Assembly (NCBI GenBank): GCA_965215125.1
Contig: OZ244052.1
Span: 1,952,001-2,016,000 of the forward strand
From: an uncultured candidatus Porisulfidus sp.
GTDB taxonomy: Bacteria; Pseudomonadota; Gammaproteobacteria; Poriferisulfidales; Oxydemutatoraceae
DNA length: 64,000 nt
Direction: 5' to 3'
Shown: piece by piece, positions 19,469-30,561 of the stretch
How the letters are laid out: every line of letters starts with the position of its first letter
How positions within the stretch are numbered: the first letter of the stretch is position 1
Notes under the pieces: model-generated
What the model saw: the letters and a program-made list of their open reading frames with translations, nothing else
What the model was told of the DNA's origin: nothing
The model's database searches: none
Translations under genes and position numbers: made by a program

Positions 19469-21481
19469 ATGTTTAAGCTGAAAAGTAGCTATACACCTTC
19501 GGGTGATCAACCACAGGCCATAAAAGAATTGACCCGAGGTCTGAGAGACAACTTATCGCATTTGACGCTGCTGGGTGTGACGGGTTCGGGCAAAACCTTT
19601 ACGATTGCAAATGTCGTAGAACAAGTACAACGCCCGACGATAGTATTGGCCCCTAATAAGACTTTGGCAGCACAGCTTTACGGTGAACTAAAGGATTTTT
19701 TCCCTGATGCTGCAGTAGAATATTTTGTTTCGTATTACGATTACTATCAACCCGAGGCTTATGTGCCGAGTAGCGACACCTATATAGAAAAAGATGCATC
19801 GGTGAACGATCATATAGAGCAGATGCGGCTATCGGCAACCAAGGCTTTGTTTGAACGCGCCGACACCGTAATCGTAGGCACGGTATCGGCAATTTACGGC
19901 TTGGGTGATCCTAAAAAATACCTGCATATGGTTATCCATTTAGATAGAGGCGATGCGATTACCCAACGCAAAATCCTAAAACGCTTAGCCGAACTGCAAT
20001 ATACACGAAACGATATAGAACTCAGACGCGGTTGTTTCAGGGTGCGCGGTGATGTAATCGACGTGCACCCCGCAGAATCCGAGCGAGAAGCGGTTCGCAT
20101 AGAGTTATTCGACGACGAAATAGAAAAGTTAAGCTACTTTGATCCTTTGACCGGCGAAGTTTTGGGTAGTGTGCCGCGTTTGACGATTTATCCCAAGTCG
20201 CACTATGTGACACCTAGGCAAACGATACTCGATGCGATAGAGCAAATTAAAGTAGAACTTCGCACGCAACTTGATTTATTGACTCGCTCCAACAAGCTCG
20301 TAGAGGCTCAACGTTTGGAACAACGTACGATTTACGATATAGAAATGATGTACGAGCTCGGCTATTGCTCGGGTATAGAGAATTATTCGCGTTATTTGAG
20401 TGGTCGCGGTGCCGGACAGCCACCGCCTTGCTTGCTCGATTATTTGCCCGAAAATGCGTTGATGGTAATGGACGAGAGTCATGTTTCCATACCACAGTTT
20501 ATGGGAATGTACAGAGGCGATCATTCGCGTAAAAAAAATCTGGTTGAGTACGGTTTCAGGTTGCCTTCGGCACTCGACAATCGCCCGTTAAAGTTCGAGG
20601 AATTCGAAGCACTTGCCCCGCAGATGATACTGGTTTCGGCAACCCCTGCGCAATACGAAAAAGAGCATAGCGGTATCGTTGCCGAGCAGGTTGTACGACC
20701 TACCGGATTGATAGATCCTCAAACCGATGTCCGACCGGTTACTTCGCAGGTAGACGATGTGTTATCCGAAATTAATAAACGAGTGGCGCGCGACGAACGC
20801 GTATTGATTACCACCTTAACGAAGCGGATGGCAGAAGACTTGACCGACTATTTGAGTGAACACGATGTGCGGGTGCGCTATCTACATTCGGATGTAGATA
20901 CCGTTGAACGCGTGGAGATTATCCGCGATCTCAGGCTGGGCATATTCGATGTATTGGTAGGTATCAATCTATTGCGTGAAGGTTTGGATATTCCGGAGGT
21001 TTCTCTGGTTGCAATACTCGACGCAGATAAAGAAGGTTATTTACGTTCCGAGACTTCTTTGGTGCAGACTATCGGGCGTGCCGCTCGCCATATCAACGGG
21101 ACGGCAATACTCTATGCCGATAAAATCACCCGTTCGATGAAAGCGGCTTTGGTAGAGACCAAGCGTCGCCGAGACAAGCAACGAGAATTTAATAAACGCC
21201 ACGGTATTTCTCCGCAAGGCATACATAAGAAAGTTACCGATGTCATGGAAGGCGCACATCTAAAGCAAGTCGGCAATAAGAAACGTCGTCGAGTTGCTGA
21301 AATAAAAATAGCCGATTACGATACGCTGACACCCGATGAAGCGGTTAAAAAAATCAAAAAGCTGGAAGAGCAAATGTACGCATGTTCGAGAAATCTAGAA
21401 TTTGAAGAAGCTGCACGTCTGCGCGATCAAGCCGCTCTGGTTAAAACGCAAGTATTCGGTGCTACAGAAAAGCAATATTGA
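19469..21481 (+). CDS. uvrB: Excinuclease ABC subunit B
   Basis: [33 protein letters not shown]-terminal UVR coil; alternative GTG start at 19457. Confidence 0.97.
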   Translation: MFKLKSSYTPSGDQPQAIKELTRGLRDNLSHLTLLGVTGSGKTFTIANVVEQVQRPTIVLAPNKTLAAQLYGELKDFFPDAAVEYFVSYYDYYQPEAYVPSSDTYIEKDASVNDHIEQMRLSATKALFERADTVIVGTVSAIYGLGDPKKYLHMVIHLDRGDAITQRKILKRLAELQYTRNDIELRRGCFRVRGDVIDVHPAESEREAVRIELFDDEIEKLSYFDPLTGEVLGSVPRLTIYPKSHYVTPRQTILDAIEQIKVELRTQLDLLTRSNKLVEAQRLEQRTIYDIEMMYELGYCSGIENYSRYLSGRGAGQPPPCLLDYLPENALMVMDESHVSIPQFMGMYRGDHSRKKNLVEYGFRLPSALDNRPLKFEEFEALAPQMILVSATPAQYEKEHSGIVAEQVVRPTGLIDPQTDVRPVTSQVDDVLSEINKRVARDERVLITTLTKRMAEDLTDYLSEHDVRVRYLHSDVDTVERVEIIRDLRLGIFDVLVGINLLREGLDIPEVSLVAILDADKEGYLRSETSLVQTIGRAARHINGTAILYADKITRSMKAALVETKRRRDKQREFNKRHGISPQGIHKKVTDVMEGAHLKQVGNKKRRRVAEIKIADYDTLTPDEAVKKIKKLEEQMYACSRNLEFEEAARLRDQAALVKTQVFGATEKQY

Positions 21482-21518
21482 TGAGATTATTTGCCGAATA
21501 AGAAAAACGAGGATTACG

Positions 21519-21824
21519 ATGTCGTATGCCGATGTAATAAAAGCGACGGCGGAACATTGCGCCGACGGGACATACACCTTCAGCGTAACCGTACAGCACG
21601 AAGACGAGGGTTGGAAACACTATGCCGATCGTTGGGAAATCATCGGACCGAACGACGAGGTGTTGGCAACCCGTGTGTTGTTGCACTCCCATGTAGGTGA
21701 AAAATCTTTCACCCGAACCAAAGCCGGCGTATCGATTCCCGAGACCATTGAACGAGTACGAGTGCGAGCGCACGATTCGCTACACGGCTACGGTGGCATT
21801 GAAACCGAGGTTATATTGACCTAA
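21519..21824 (+). CDS. Conserved hypothetical small beta-rich protein
   Basis: H-x-D-x-GW-x-HYADRW, RVLLH-x-H, RAHDSLHG His-rich motifs; GAGGA RBS before the ATG at 21519. Confidence 0.7.
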   Translation: MSYADVIKATAEHCADGTYTFSVTVQHEDEGWKHYADRWEIIGPNDEVLATRVLLHSHVGEKSFTRTKAGVSIPETIERVRVRAHDSLHGYGGIETEVILT

Positions 21825-22001
21825 CCGTAGGGGCGGACTTCATTAAATTGCCGATTGACCTACTGGCTCAATCGGCGGCTTTGCCCTGCCCCTACAGGTG
21901 GTTTGGATAATTATGTGGCGCAGGGCGGTTGGTGTTGTGCGATGTCATTTTTCAACAGCCTCGACTTGTCCGCACAACTTCACACCGATTGACCTACCGG
22001 C
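21825..22001. repeat. Composite REP-like repeat
   Basis: GTAGGGGCGGAC, CCGATTGACCTACTGGCTCAATCGG hairpin, GCCCCTACAGGTGG, TTTTTCAACAGCC end; lies between convergent genes. Confidence 0.85.
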
Positions 22002-22682
22002 TTAAGAGGAACTACCGTCAATCCAATCAATGAGCTGCGGTAGAGTATCAAAAATTGCTTCTGCCCCCCATTCGGAAATATCAACTTCTTTGACATGATA
22101 ACCGTAGGATACTGCGAGCGCGCACATGCCCGCGCTTATCGCTGCGGTCATGTCGTTTAGCGTGTCGCCTAAGTAAGCACAGTGTCGGGGGAATAAATTA
22201 AGCTGTCTCGCTGCACACAACAGAGGTCTGGGATGCGGTTTTTTTTGATCGGTCGTATCACCGTAGACTAAACAATCGGCGTAGTCGTACAGCCCTAGCT
22301 TTTGCAATATCGGTACCGAAAGACGCTCGGATTTATTCGTTACAATTCCCCATTTCATTCCTAAGTCTTTGATTTTTGTTATCGTTGCGATTGTCTCCGG
22401 AAATAAGCTCGTAGTATCGTGTAGGTGTGCTCGGTAGATTTCTATAAACTCGGACGATAGCTGCTCGCGTTCAATCTCGCCGTAATCATCACCGAAAGCG
22501 GCTTTTATTAGCGAGTAGCTACCTTGCCCTGCATGAGGACGCATCGCTGCTATGTCTTTGGCAGGGTGTCCTTTTTTCTCCAATAAAATGTTTAGAGATT
22601 TGATTAGATCGCCGGCTGTATCTATCAGTGTGCCGTCTAAATCAAATAGAATCGCGTGTAAAGATTTCAAGGGCGTCGGCAA
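22002..22682 (-). CDS. gph: HAD hydrolase, phosphoglycolate phosphatase/MupP-like
   Basis: FDLDGTLIDT, GIVTNK, KKPHP, YLGD; follows ubiG. Confidence 0.8.
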   Translation of the reverse strand: MPTPLKSLHAILFDLDGTLIDTAGDLIKSLNILLEKKGHPAKDIAAMRPHAGQGSYSLIKAAFGDDYGEIEREQLSSEFIEIYRAHLHDTTSLFPETIATITKIKDLGMKWGIVTNKSERLSVPILQKLGLYDYADCLVYGDTTDQKKPHPRPLLCAARQLNLFPRHCAYLGDTLNDMTAAISAGMCALAVSYGYHVKEVDISEWGAEAIFDTLPQLIDWIDGSSS

Positions 22683-23365
22683 TGCATTAAGTAGTTGACA
22701 TCGGGTTCGCCGCTCAAAACCGCCGTATCTAAAAAAGGCAAATAGTGCATACCGGTGATATCGCAGACAGTTGCGTTGTTTTGTTTCACCATCGCCGCAA
22801 GTTCCGAGGGTTTGATTAACTTTTGATAATCGTGTGTTCCTTTAGGAAGTAGTTTTAGCAGATATTCTGCCCCCACGATCGCCAGTAAATAGGCTTTCGG
22901 TGTACGGTTGATTGTTGAAAAAAATACATTACCGCCCGGCTTGACCGCACGAATACAAGCGGAGACCAGGGATTGTGGCTCGGGTACATGCTCCAAAAGC
23001 TCCATACAGGTGACGATATCGTAGTAATTTGTATTTTGTTCGGCGTGTTGCTCGGCACTCGTATATCGGTAATCAATAGCGAGTTTAGATTCGTGCAAAT
23101 GCAATCGGGCGGTTTCAAGCGAGGCTTTACCCAAATCAATACCGACTACCGTAGCCTCTTTACGCGCCATCGCTTCGCATAATAGACCGCCGCCGCAACC
23201 TACATCCAGGACTTTTTTATTTTTGAGGGTAGTGCGCGTGGCGATATATTCGGCACGCACCGGATTGATGATATGTAATGTTTTGAAAACTCCTTCGGGA
23301 TCCCACCAACTCATTGCGGAGGTTTCAAACTTATCTAATTCCCGTTGTTGTGCATTAACTTCCAT
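22667..23365 (-). CDS. ubiG: Ubiquinone biosynthesis O-methyltransferase
   Basis: WWDP-x-G, LH-x-INP-x-R, LDVGCGGG, CMELLEHVP, LPKGTHDY. Confidence 0.95.
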   Translation of the reverse strand: MEVNAQQRELDKFETSAMSWWDPEGVFKTLHIINPVRAEYIATRTTLKNKKVLDVGCGGGLLCEAMARKEATVVGIDLGKASLETARLHLHESKLAIDYRYTSAEQHAEQNTNYYDIVTCMELLEHVPEPQSLVSACIRAVKPGGNVFFSTINRTPKAYLLAIVGAEYLLKLLPKGTHDYQKLIKPSELAAMVKQNNATVCDITGMHYLPFLDTAVLSGEPDVNYLMHCRRP

Positions 23366-23571
23366 GTGCGTATTCTATCATTTGCATGATAGACTACATA
23401 TTAGTTCTGATTTTAATGCGCTATGAATGTATCGATTTAGCATTAGGTCTTGCTAATTATAGAAAAATAATTTACGATTATAGATGCTCTCTTGAGCATA
23501 TCGGGAAAAGTCAGAGATACTGACAATCTAAAGTTTTAGAGAGTACAACGCTAAAGTATAAGGGGGGAAAT

Positions 23572-23919
23572 ATGAGATATACAAGAAATACTACGAAATT
23601 TTTTTCGGTATTACCGGCAATCGTATCAATTTTATTTTTAACCGGATTTACGCAAAAAATCCAAATTGAAGATATAGCCGAAGATGCCTTTATGATTAAA
23701 CACCGCGTCATTGCACCCGATTTGGAATTAGGTGAAGAGGAGGGAGAATACGAGGAATTTAGAAATATTGAAGAGGTTGCCGAGGAAAAATGTCTTAATA
23801 TGGGGAAAAAACATTTGTTTGTACATAAAATTTTTCATTGTTTGAAAATCAAGTGTTTAAGATTCGATCACGTATATAGATGTGTAGATGAATCTTCGGA
23901 ACCTGTGTCGGACGAATAA
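23572..23919 (+). CDS. Small exported hypothetical protein, Cys-containing
   Basis: Basic plus hydrophobic N-terminus, four Cys, GGGGGG upstream; AT-rich. Confidence 0.55.
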   Translation: MRYTRNTTKFFSVLPAIVSILFLTGFTQKIQIEDIAEDAFMIKHRVIAPDLELGEEEGEYEEFRNIEEVAEEKCLNMGKKHLFVHKIFHCLKIKCLRFDHVYRCVDESSEPVSDE

Positions 23920-24048
23920 AACAACCGATACCGATAAGAATCACCCTCTCGCTTCAATAACGCATTCAGGGGTTTTCATGGTTCTAATGTGAGATTAACG
24001 CTATAATCTGTTTACGTGTACCAGCCTGCGCCCGAATAGCTACTATAA

Positions 24049-25335
<1,287 letters not shown>

Positions 25336-25341
25336 GTAAAG

Positions 25342-26199
25342 TTAAGGTTCAAGATAGCGAACCTTAAATGTTAAATAAAGCTGATCTACATCCGGATTAT
25401 TTTCTGCTTTAGGTTCTTCGTTTAATATCAACCGCACAAGTTGCAAACGATAATGCTTTAAGTCCGAGTGGCCTGCCAACATTGTCAAGAATTCCGAGGA
25501 TCCTATAAATTGCATAGAGAATGTCATATAGTGTAGTCTTAGACAGCGATCGTATAAGCACGATTCAAATAATTCCGGTCCTGCGCATAGATACAAGCGA
25601 CGATAGCCGGCTTTAATTAATTGTTTTGTAATTGTCCCCCCCTCAACGCGTTGTTTACCGGCGACAACGACTTTATAACCTTGTTTTTGCCACGCTCGGA
25701 TTCGCTGTGTGTCGCCGTTATCGCTCGTTGCAATCCAAACATCTTTTTTGGCGAGGCTATCCGGCATCGGGAATTCAAGCGTATTGCTACAGACGACGAC
25801 GAGCGGCTGTGCAGATAACCTTCGCTGCAATCGCCAGTCGCATAGATCGGCGTGTTCTTCTGCATTCCCGATATGCAAGATGTTGCTCAGATGTCCTGCC
25901 GCTAATGCGCGTAGATAACCGCCGTGGGTAATAAGACAATCGGCTTGTGCTTGCAGTTCCAAGAACAGTCGGTGGTCGGTATTACTGGTGAGTTGTTCCG
26001 GTAGCAGCAAAGTTTTATTTTTAGATATTGCAATACGCCCGTCCAAACTGGTCAGGAAATTAGAATAAACGATAGGTTCATCGCAGCCGGATAAAAACGG
26101 GTCGTCTAAATAGGTGCCGTGCAGCCGTTTGTATTTTTTGTATTCGGGATAAATTTGTGTGATATTCATGTATAATTGAGCGATTACCGAACATGACAT
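25342..26199 (-). CDS. RibD C-terminal / dihydrofolate-reductase-fold protein
   Basis: VYSNFLTSLDGRIA, D-x-x-LF-x-EL-x-AQAD; start may be MNITQIYP at 26169. Confidence 0.7.
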   Translation of the reverse strand: MSCSVIAQLYMNITQIYPEYKKYKRLHGTYLDDPFLSGCDEPIVYSNFLTSLDGRIAISKNKTLLLPEQLTSNTDHRLFLELQAQADCLITHGGYLRALAAGHLSNILHIGNAEEHADLCDWRLQRRLSAQPLVVVCSNTLEFPMPDSLAKKDVWIATSDNGDTQRIRAWQKQGYKVVVAGKQRVEGGTITKQLIKAGYRRLYLCAGPELFESCLYDRCLRLHYMTFSMQFIGSSEFLTMLAGHSDLKHYRLQLVRLILNEEPKAENNPDVDQLYLTFKVRYLEP

Positions 26200-26221
26200 T
26201 ATATTCTATCAAGGTGATTTT

Positions 26222-28063
26222 ATGACCCTAAACACGATCAAAGTTTTACCGTCTCAGCTCGTCAATCAAATCGCCGCCGGTGAAGTAATAGAACGCCCGG
26301 TATCCATTGTCAAAGAATTGGTAGAAAACAGTTTAGATGCAAATGCAAATCGTATCGTAGTCAAAATAGAGCGAGGCGGTTCGAAGTCTATAGAAGTCGG
26401 CGACGACGGAGACGGCATCCCCGCCGAGCAATTGGCATTGGCACTGTCGCGCCATGCAACCAGTAAAATTTCCGCTATGGAGGATCTAATAGCTATCAAA
26501 CAATTTGGATTCAGAGGTGAGGCTTTACCGAGTATTGCCTCGGTGTCACGTCTCACATTAAGTTCAAACACGTCCGAGCAAGGAAATGGTCATCAAATTG
26601 TGGTTGACGGAGGCGATGCTACTGCCGACCAGGTTATTCCTACGGCGCGTGCTAAGGGTACGACGGTAACAGTCGGTGATTTGTTTTTCAATGTACCGGC
26701 GAGACGGAAATTTCTCAAGACCGAACGCACCGAGTTTTCTCATATACAGCAGTTTTTGTACCGCATTGCGCTTGCGCGTCACGATGTCGAGTTCATACTG
26801 GAGCATAACGGTAAAACGATATTCCATTTTCCTAAAACCGAGCATAAGACCGAGTTGCAATCGCGTTTGAAAAAAATATTCGGCAAGGCTTTTGCCGAGC
26901 AAAATATCCGGCTTTCGGAGAGTATAGAAGACCTGGCTGTTTCCGGTTGGTTCGGATTGCCGACCATCGCTCGTAGTCAGCCCGATATGCAGTATTGCTA
27001 TGTCAACGGTCGGGTGGTGCGAGATAAGACCCTCGCCCATGCGGTGCGTCGTGCATATAACGATGTGCTGTACCAAGATCGCCATCCTTGTTATATTCTG
27101 TATTTGGATATTGCTGCAAGCAAGGTAGACGTAAATGTACATCCTGCTAAACACGAAGTACGCTTTCACGATCAAAGATTGGTACACGATTTTGTGCATA
27201 TAGCTATCCAACGGGGACTTGCTCGAATATCACCTAAGACGGTGCCCAATTTGGTTGAATATCGGAATGGACTGCAAAATAGCACGCACAGTGGCGGTTT
27301 TCCGCACAAAACATCGGTTAAGAAGACCGCGCAGCCGCACTTAAACTTATCCGTAGAGAGGCACGGTAGCGGTCGATCAGGCCGGGGTTTTTATAAGCAA
27401 GTCACAGAACATATCCAACCGGCAAACGACTATATGCGAACCGAAGCTAAGGACCGGATGATGAATGACCAAGTGATGTTACCTTTGGGTGAGGCGATTT
27501 GCCAAGTGCACGGTATCTACATCATCGCACAAAATATCGAAGGTTTTGTGATAGTAGACATGCACGCCGCACACGAACGCATAGTCTACGAGCGTCTCAA
27601 AGAGGCCTATAAAAAGCAAGGCGTACATTCACAACCTTTGCTCGTCCCGGAAACTTTGGAAGTGAGTGAAAGAGAAGCCGATATATGCGAACTACACACC
27701 GAGACATTGGAAAAAATCGGTTTCGGCGTAGAGCGCATCGGCTTGTGTAGGTTGAGAATTAAGCGGGTATCTTCGTTGTTAAAAGGGATCGATCTTAGTC
27801 GATTATTGCTGGATGTATTGGCCGATTTCATGCACAATGACTCATCGGAGCGTATCGAGGATCGTATCAACGATATATTGTCTACGATGGCGTGCCACAG
27901 CGGTGCGGTGCGCGCCAATCGTAAATTATCTTTGGATGAGATGAATGTGATATTGCGAGACATAGAATCAACCGAGCGTAGTGGGCAGTGTAATCACGGT
28001 CGTCCGACATGGTTGCAACTGAGCATAAAACACTTGGATAAACTATTCAAAAGAGGGCAATAA
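26222..28063 (+). CDS. mutL: DNA mismatch repair protein MutL
   Basis: NQIAAGEVIERP, GFRGEAL, DMHAAHERI, CNHGRP endonuclease motifs. Confidence 0.97.
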   Translation: MTLNTIKVLPSQLVNQIAAGEVIERPVSIVKELVENSLDANANRIVVKIERGGSKSIEVGDDGDGIPAEQLALALSRHATSKISAMEDLIAIKQFGFRGEALPSIASVSRLTLSSNTSEQGNGHQIVVDGGDATADQVIPTARAKGTTVTVGDLFFNVPARRKFLKTERTEFSHIQQFLYRIALARHDVEFILEHNGKTIFHFPKTEHKTELQSRLKKIFGKAFAEQNIRLSESIEDLAVSGWFGLPTIARSQPDMQYCYVNGRVVRDKTLAHAVRRAYNDVLYQDRHPCYILYLDIAASKVDVNVHPAKHEVRFHDQRLVHDFVHIAIQRGLARISPKTVPNLVEYRNGLQNSTHSGGFPHKTSVKKTAQPHLNLSVERHGSGRSGRGFYKQVTEHIQPANDYMRTEAKDRMMNDQVMLPLGEAICQVHGIYIIAQNIEGFVIVDMHAAHERIVYERLKEAYKKQGVHSQPLLVPETLEVSEREADICELHTETLEKIGFGVERIGLCRLRIKRVSSLLKGIDLSRLLLDVLADFMHNDSSERIEDRINDILSTMACHSGAVRANRKLSLDEMNVILRDIESTERSGQCNHGRPTWLQLSIKHLDKLFKRGQ

Positions 28064-28072
28064 ATACTACAG

Positions 28073-29014
28073 ATGCAGGTACCGGACGACGCATGCGACA
28101 AGCTGATATGTTTGATCGGCCCTACCGCAAGCGGTAAAAGCACGGTTGCGGTTGAGATTGCAAAGCAGCTTCCCGTTGACATCGTCAGCGTGGATTCGGC
28201 ATTGATTTATAAGTCCATGGACATAGGAACGGCAAAGCCCGGAGCGCAAATACGCGCTCGCATACCTCACCACCTAATAGACATCATAGAACCCGACGAA
28301 TATTATTCCGCTGCCCGATTTAGAAAAGATGCCTTAAGTGCAATAGCACAAATACGCCGTCGCCACCGTATTCCGTTACTGGTGGGTGGTACGATGTTTT
28401 ATTTTAATGTATTGGCAAACGGCTTATCACCGATGCCCGAAACCTATCCCGAGACCAGAGCAAAACTTGTGGATCGTTATAAGACTACCGAGAATTTATA
28501 TAAGAAATTACAGAGTGTGGACCCGGCAACCGCTATCCGTATTCACCCTAAGGATAAGCAACGCGTATTAAGAGCACTGAGTGTGTATTCGGAGAGTCGA
28601 CGAACAATGAGTTACTACCGAATGCAACCGTCAAAAACATCTGCGATGGCGACACACTATATCGCACTTGATTTCGATGATCGTGCAACGATGCATCGGC
28701 GTATAGAACAACGTCTAAGCGGTATGTTGCAACGAGGCTTATTGGGCGAAGTTGCAACATTGATGTTAAGAGGGGATTTAGATGCGAGCAGTACATCGAT
28801 GCGAGCAATCGCTTATCGCCAAGTATGGCAATATCTAATCGGGAATTACGATTACTCCGAGATGGTGCAAAGCGCATTGGCTGCAAGCCGCCAATTTGCC
28901 AAGCGACAGCTAACATGGATGCGAAGGATGCCGATTATTGCGCGCTATGCGGTTGACGCAATGTCCCCCGAGCACATCGCAAAACGAATCGTCGAAGACA
29001 CATGGGGCTGTTGA
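28073..29014 (+). CDS. miaA: tRNA dimethylallyltransferase
   Basis: GPTASGKS, SVDSA, DIGTAKP, VGGTMFY, AKRQLTW. Confidence 0.95.
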   Translation: MQVPDDACDKLICLIGPTASGKSTVAVEIAKQLPVDIVSVDSALIYKSMDIGTAKPGAQIRARIPHHLIDIIEPDEYYSAARFRKDALSAIAQIRRRHRIPLLVGGTMFYFNVLANGLSPMPETYPETRAKLVDRYKTTENLYKKLQSVDPATAIRIHPKDKQRVLRALSVYSESRRTMSYYRMQPSKTSAMATHYIALDFDDRATMHRRIEQRLSGMLQRGLLGEVATLMLRGDLDASSTSMRAIAYRQVWQYLIGNYDYSEMVQSALAASRQFAKRQLTWMRRMPIIARYAVDAMSPEHIAKRIVEDTWGC

Positions 29015-29290
29015 AAAAGTATCTACGAACCGTAGGGGGTGGTTAATTCCCCTCCTGTGGAGGGGTGGCAGGCGAAGCCTGACGGGGTGGTTGTGTCGTG
29101 GGGCTGTTGAAAAAGTATCCACGAACCGTAGGGACGGTACATTCCCCTCCTTCGGAGGGGTGGCAGGCGAAGCCTGACGGGGTGGTTGTGTCGTATCTGC
29201 ACAATTTATACATCCATCCAATTTACGGAAGCCATTATTTGTCGGCGCAGGGCGGTTGGTGTTGTGCAGAACGGCACTTAAGGGCAAACA
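29004..29290. repeat. Composite repeat with two tandem ~97-bp units
   Basis: GGGCTGTTGAAAAAGTATC-x-ACGAACCGTAGGG at ~29005 and 29101, each followed by ATTCCCCTCC...GGAGGGGTGGCAGGCGAAGCCTGACGGGGTGGTTGTGTCGT. Confidence 0.9.
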
Positions 29291-29358
29291 GATATATTAA
29301 ACCTCGGCTTATTTGATATAAGATAAATGCTTAGGTAGATGCAGTGCCTAGGAGGACG
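29291..29358 (+). mobile_element. Truncated left end of the IS110 element (remnant of a second insertion)
   Basis: GATATATTAAACCTCGGCTTATTTGATATAAGATAAATGCTTAGGTAGATGCAGTGCCTAGGA is near-identical to 47578-47516 (minus) and is joined to AGGGCAAA-CA. Confidence 0.85.
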
Positions 29359-29364
29359 GTGCCG

Positions 29365-30480
29365 CTATTTTGCGCGGGCATTAGACCAGTATTTTAGACT
29401 TTGCATTTCCAATAATCGGCTAACTGTTCTATTAAACTCAAACCCCAGACGACCTGCTCGATACAGCTCGCGGGCTTGTGCTTGCGCCGATAGCACTAGG
29501 ATTACATTTTGATCGTAGAACTCGTCAATCAATTGTATGAAGCGGCGGGCTGCATTGTCTCGGTTATTGAAGATCGGAACCCCGGATATTAAAACGGTAT
29601 GGTAGAGGTGCGCGATGATAATATAGTCTGCTACCGAGCGGGGTGTTTCACAAAGCTCTTTGAACTCAAACCAAACAACATTGGGTGTATGCATGCGTAC
29701 CTTGATATTGCGATCGTTTATTTTTATAGAATCATTACTATCGACATCTTCGGAACCGAGTGCGGTAAAGCATTGTCTCATTAAAGTCTCCGATTGTTCG
29801 TCATAAGGCGTGTGATAGCTACCGGAACTTTTAATATGTAGGGAGCGATAATCAACACCGGTTTGCATTGTCACGACTTCGGTATGGCGTTCTATCAGCG
29901 CAATAGCGGGCACAAAGCGATCGTGCTGCAAACCGCCTTTATATAAGTCCTTAGGAGCAAAATTAGATGTGGTAACAAGCACGATTTGACATTCGAATAA
30001 AGCGGCGAGTAAGCGATAAAGAATCATGGCATCGGTGATATCGGATACAAAAAACTCGTCCAAGAATAATACCTGCACACGATCGGCTAAGTCTTCGGCG
30101 ATGATTTTCAAAGGGTTTTTTCGGTTGGACATTTTTTTTAGAGAACCGTGCACCCCTTGCATGAATTGGTAATAGTGAAACCGTCGCTTTTTATCGACGG
30201 GCAATACTTCGTAGAAAAAATCAAGCATATAGGTCTTACCCCTACCGACGCCTCCCCACAAATAAAGCCCTCGGTTGGAGTGGTTTTCAGAGTGACGACC
30301 GGTATTTTTAGGTCTTAGCCAACTTGCCCAAGTTTTTTTCGGTGCCGGAGTCAGCAGTTGATCCGATATAGTTTGCAGATAAGCGACGACTTTTAGCTGT
30401 TCAGGATCTACTTGGTAAGCACGTTTTTTTAGATGCAATCGGTAAAGGGTTTCCAAGCAAATTGTTTTGTCTTTATCCAT
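29365..30480 (-). CDS. zapE: AFG1-family ATPase ZapE
   Basis: GLYLWGGVGRGKT, LDEFFVSDITDAMIL, TTSN, ARRFI-x-LIDEFYD. Confidence 0.92.
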   Translation of the reverse strand: MDKDKTICLETLYRLHLKKRAYQVDPEQLKVVAYLQTISDQLLTPAPKKTWASWLRPKNTGRHSENHSNRGLYLWGGVGRGKTYMLDFFYEVLPVDKKRRFHYYQFMQGVHGSLKKMSNRKNPLKIIAEDLADRVQVLFLDEFFVSDITDAMILYRLLAALFECQIVLVTTSNFAPKDLYKGGLQHDRFVPAIALIERHTEVVTMQTGVDYRSLHIKSSGSYHTPYDEQSETLMRQCFTALGSEDVDSNDSIKINDRNIKVRMHTPNVVWFEFKELCETPRSVADYIIIAHLYHTVLISGVPIFNNRDNAARRFIQLIDEFYDQNVILVLSAQAQARELYRAGRLGFEFNRTVSRLLEMQSLKYWSNARAK

Positions 30481-30561
30481 TATCTTATTATTATAATAAG
30501 ACATGGGATGAGCTAATATGTTCTTTTGTATAAATTTCTACGAATACTGGATAGAGCCGAT

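Noticed and set aside
29004-29200. Possible CRISPR array (tandem repeats with spacers)
   Set aside because: Only two ~97-bp near-identical units, no unique spacers and no cas genes; the modules belong to the dispersed repeat family.
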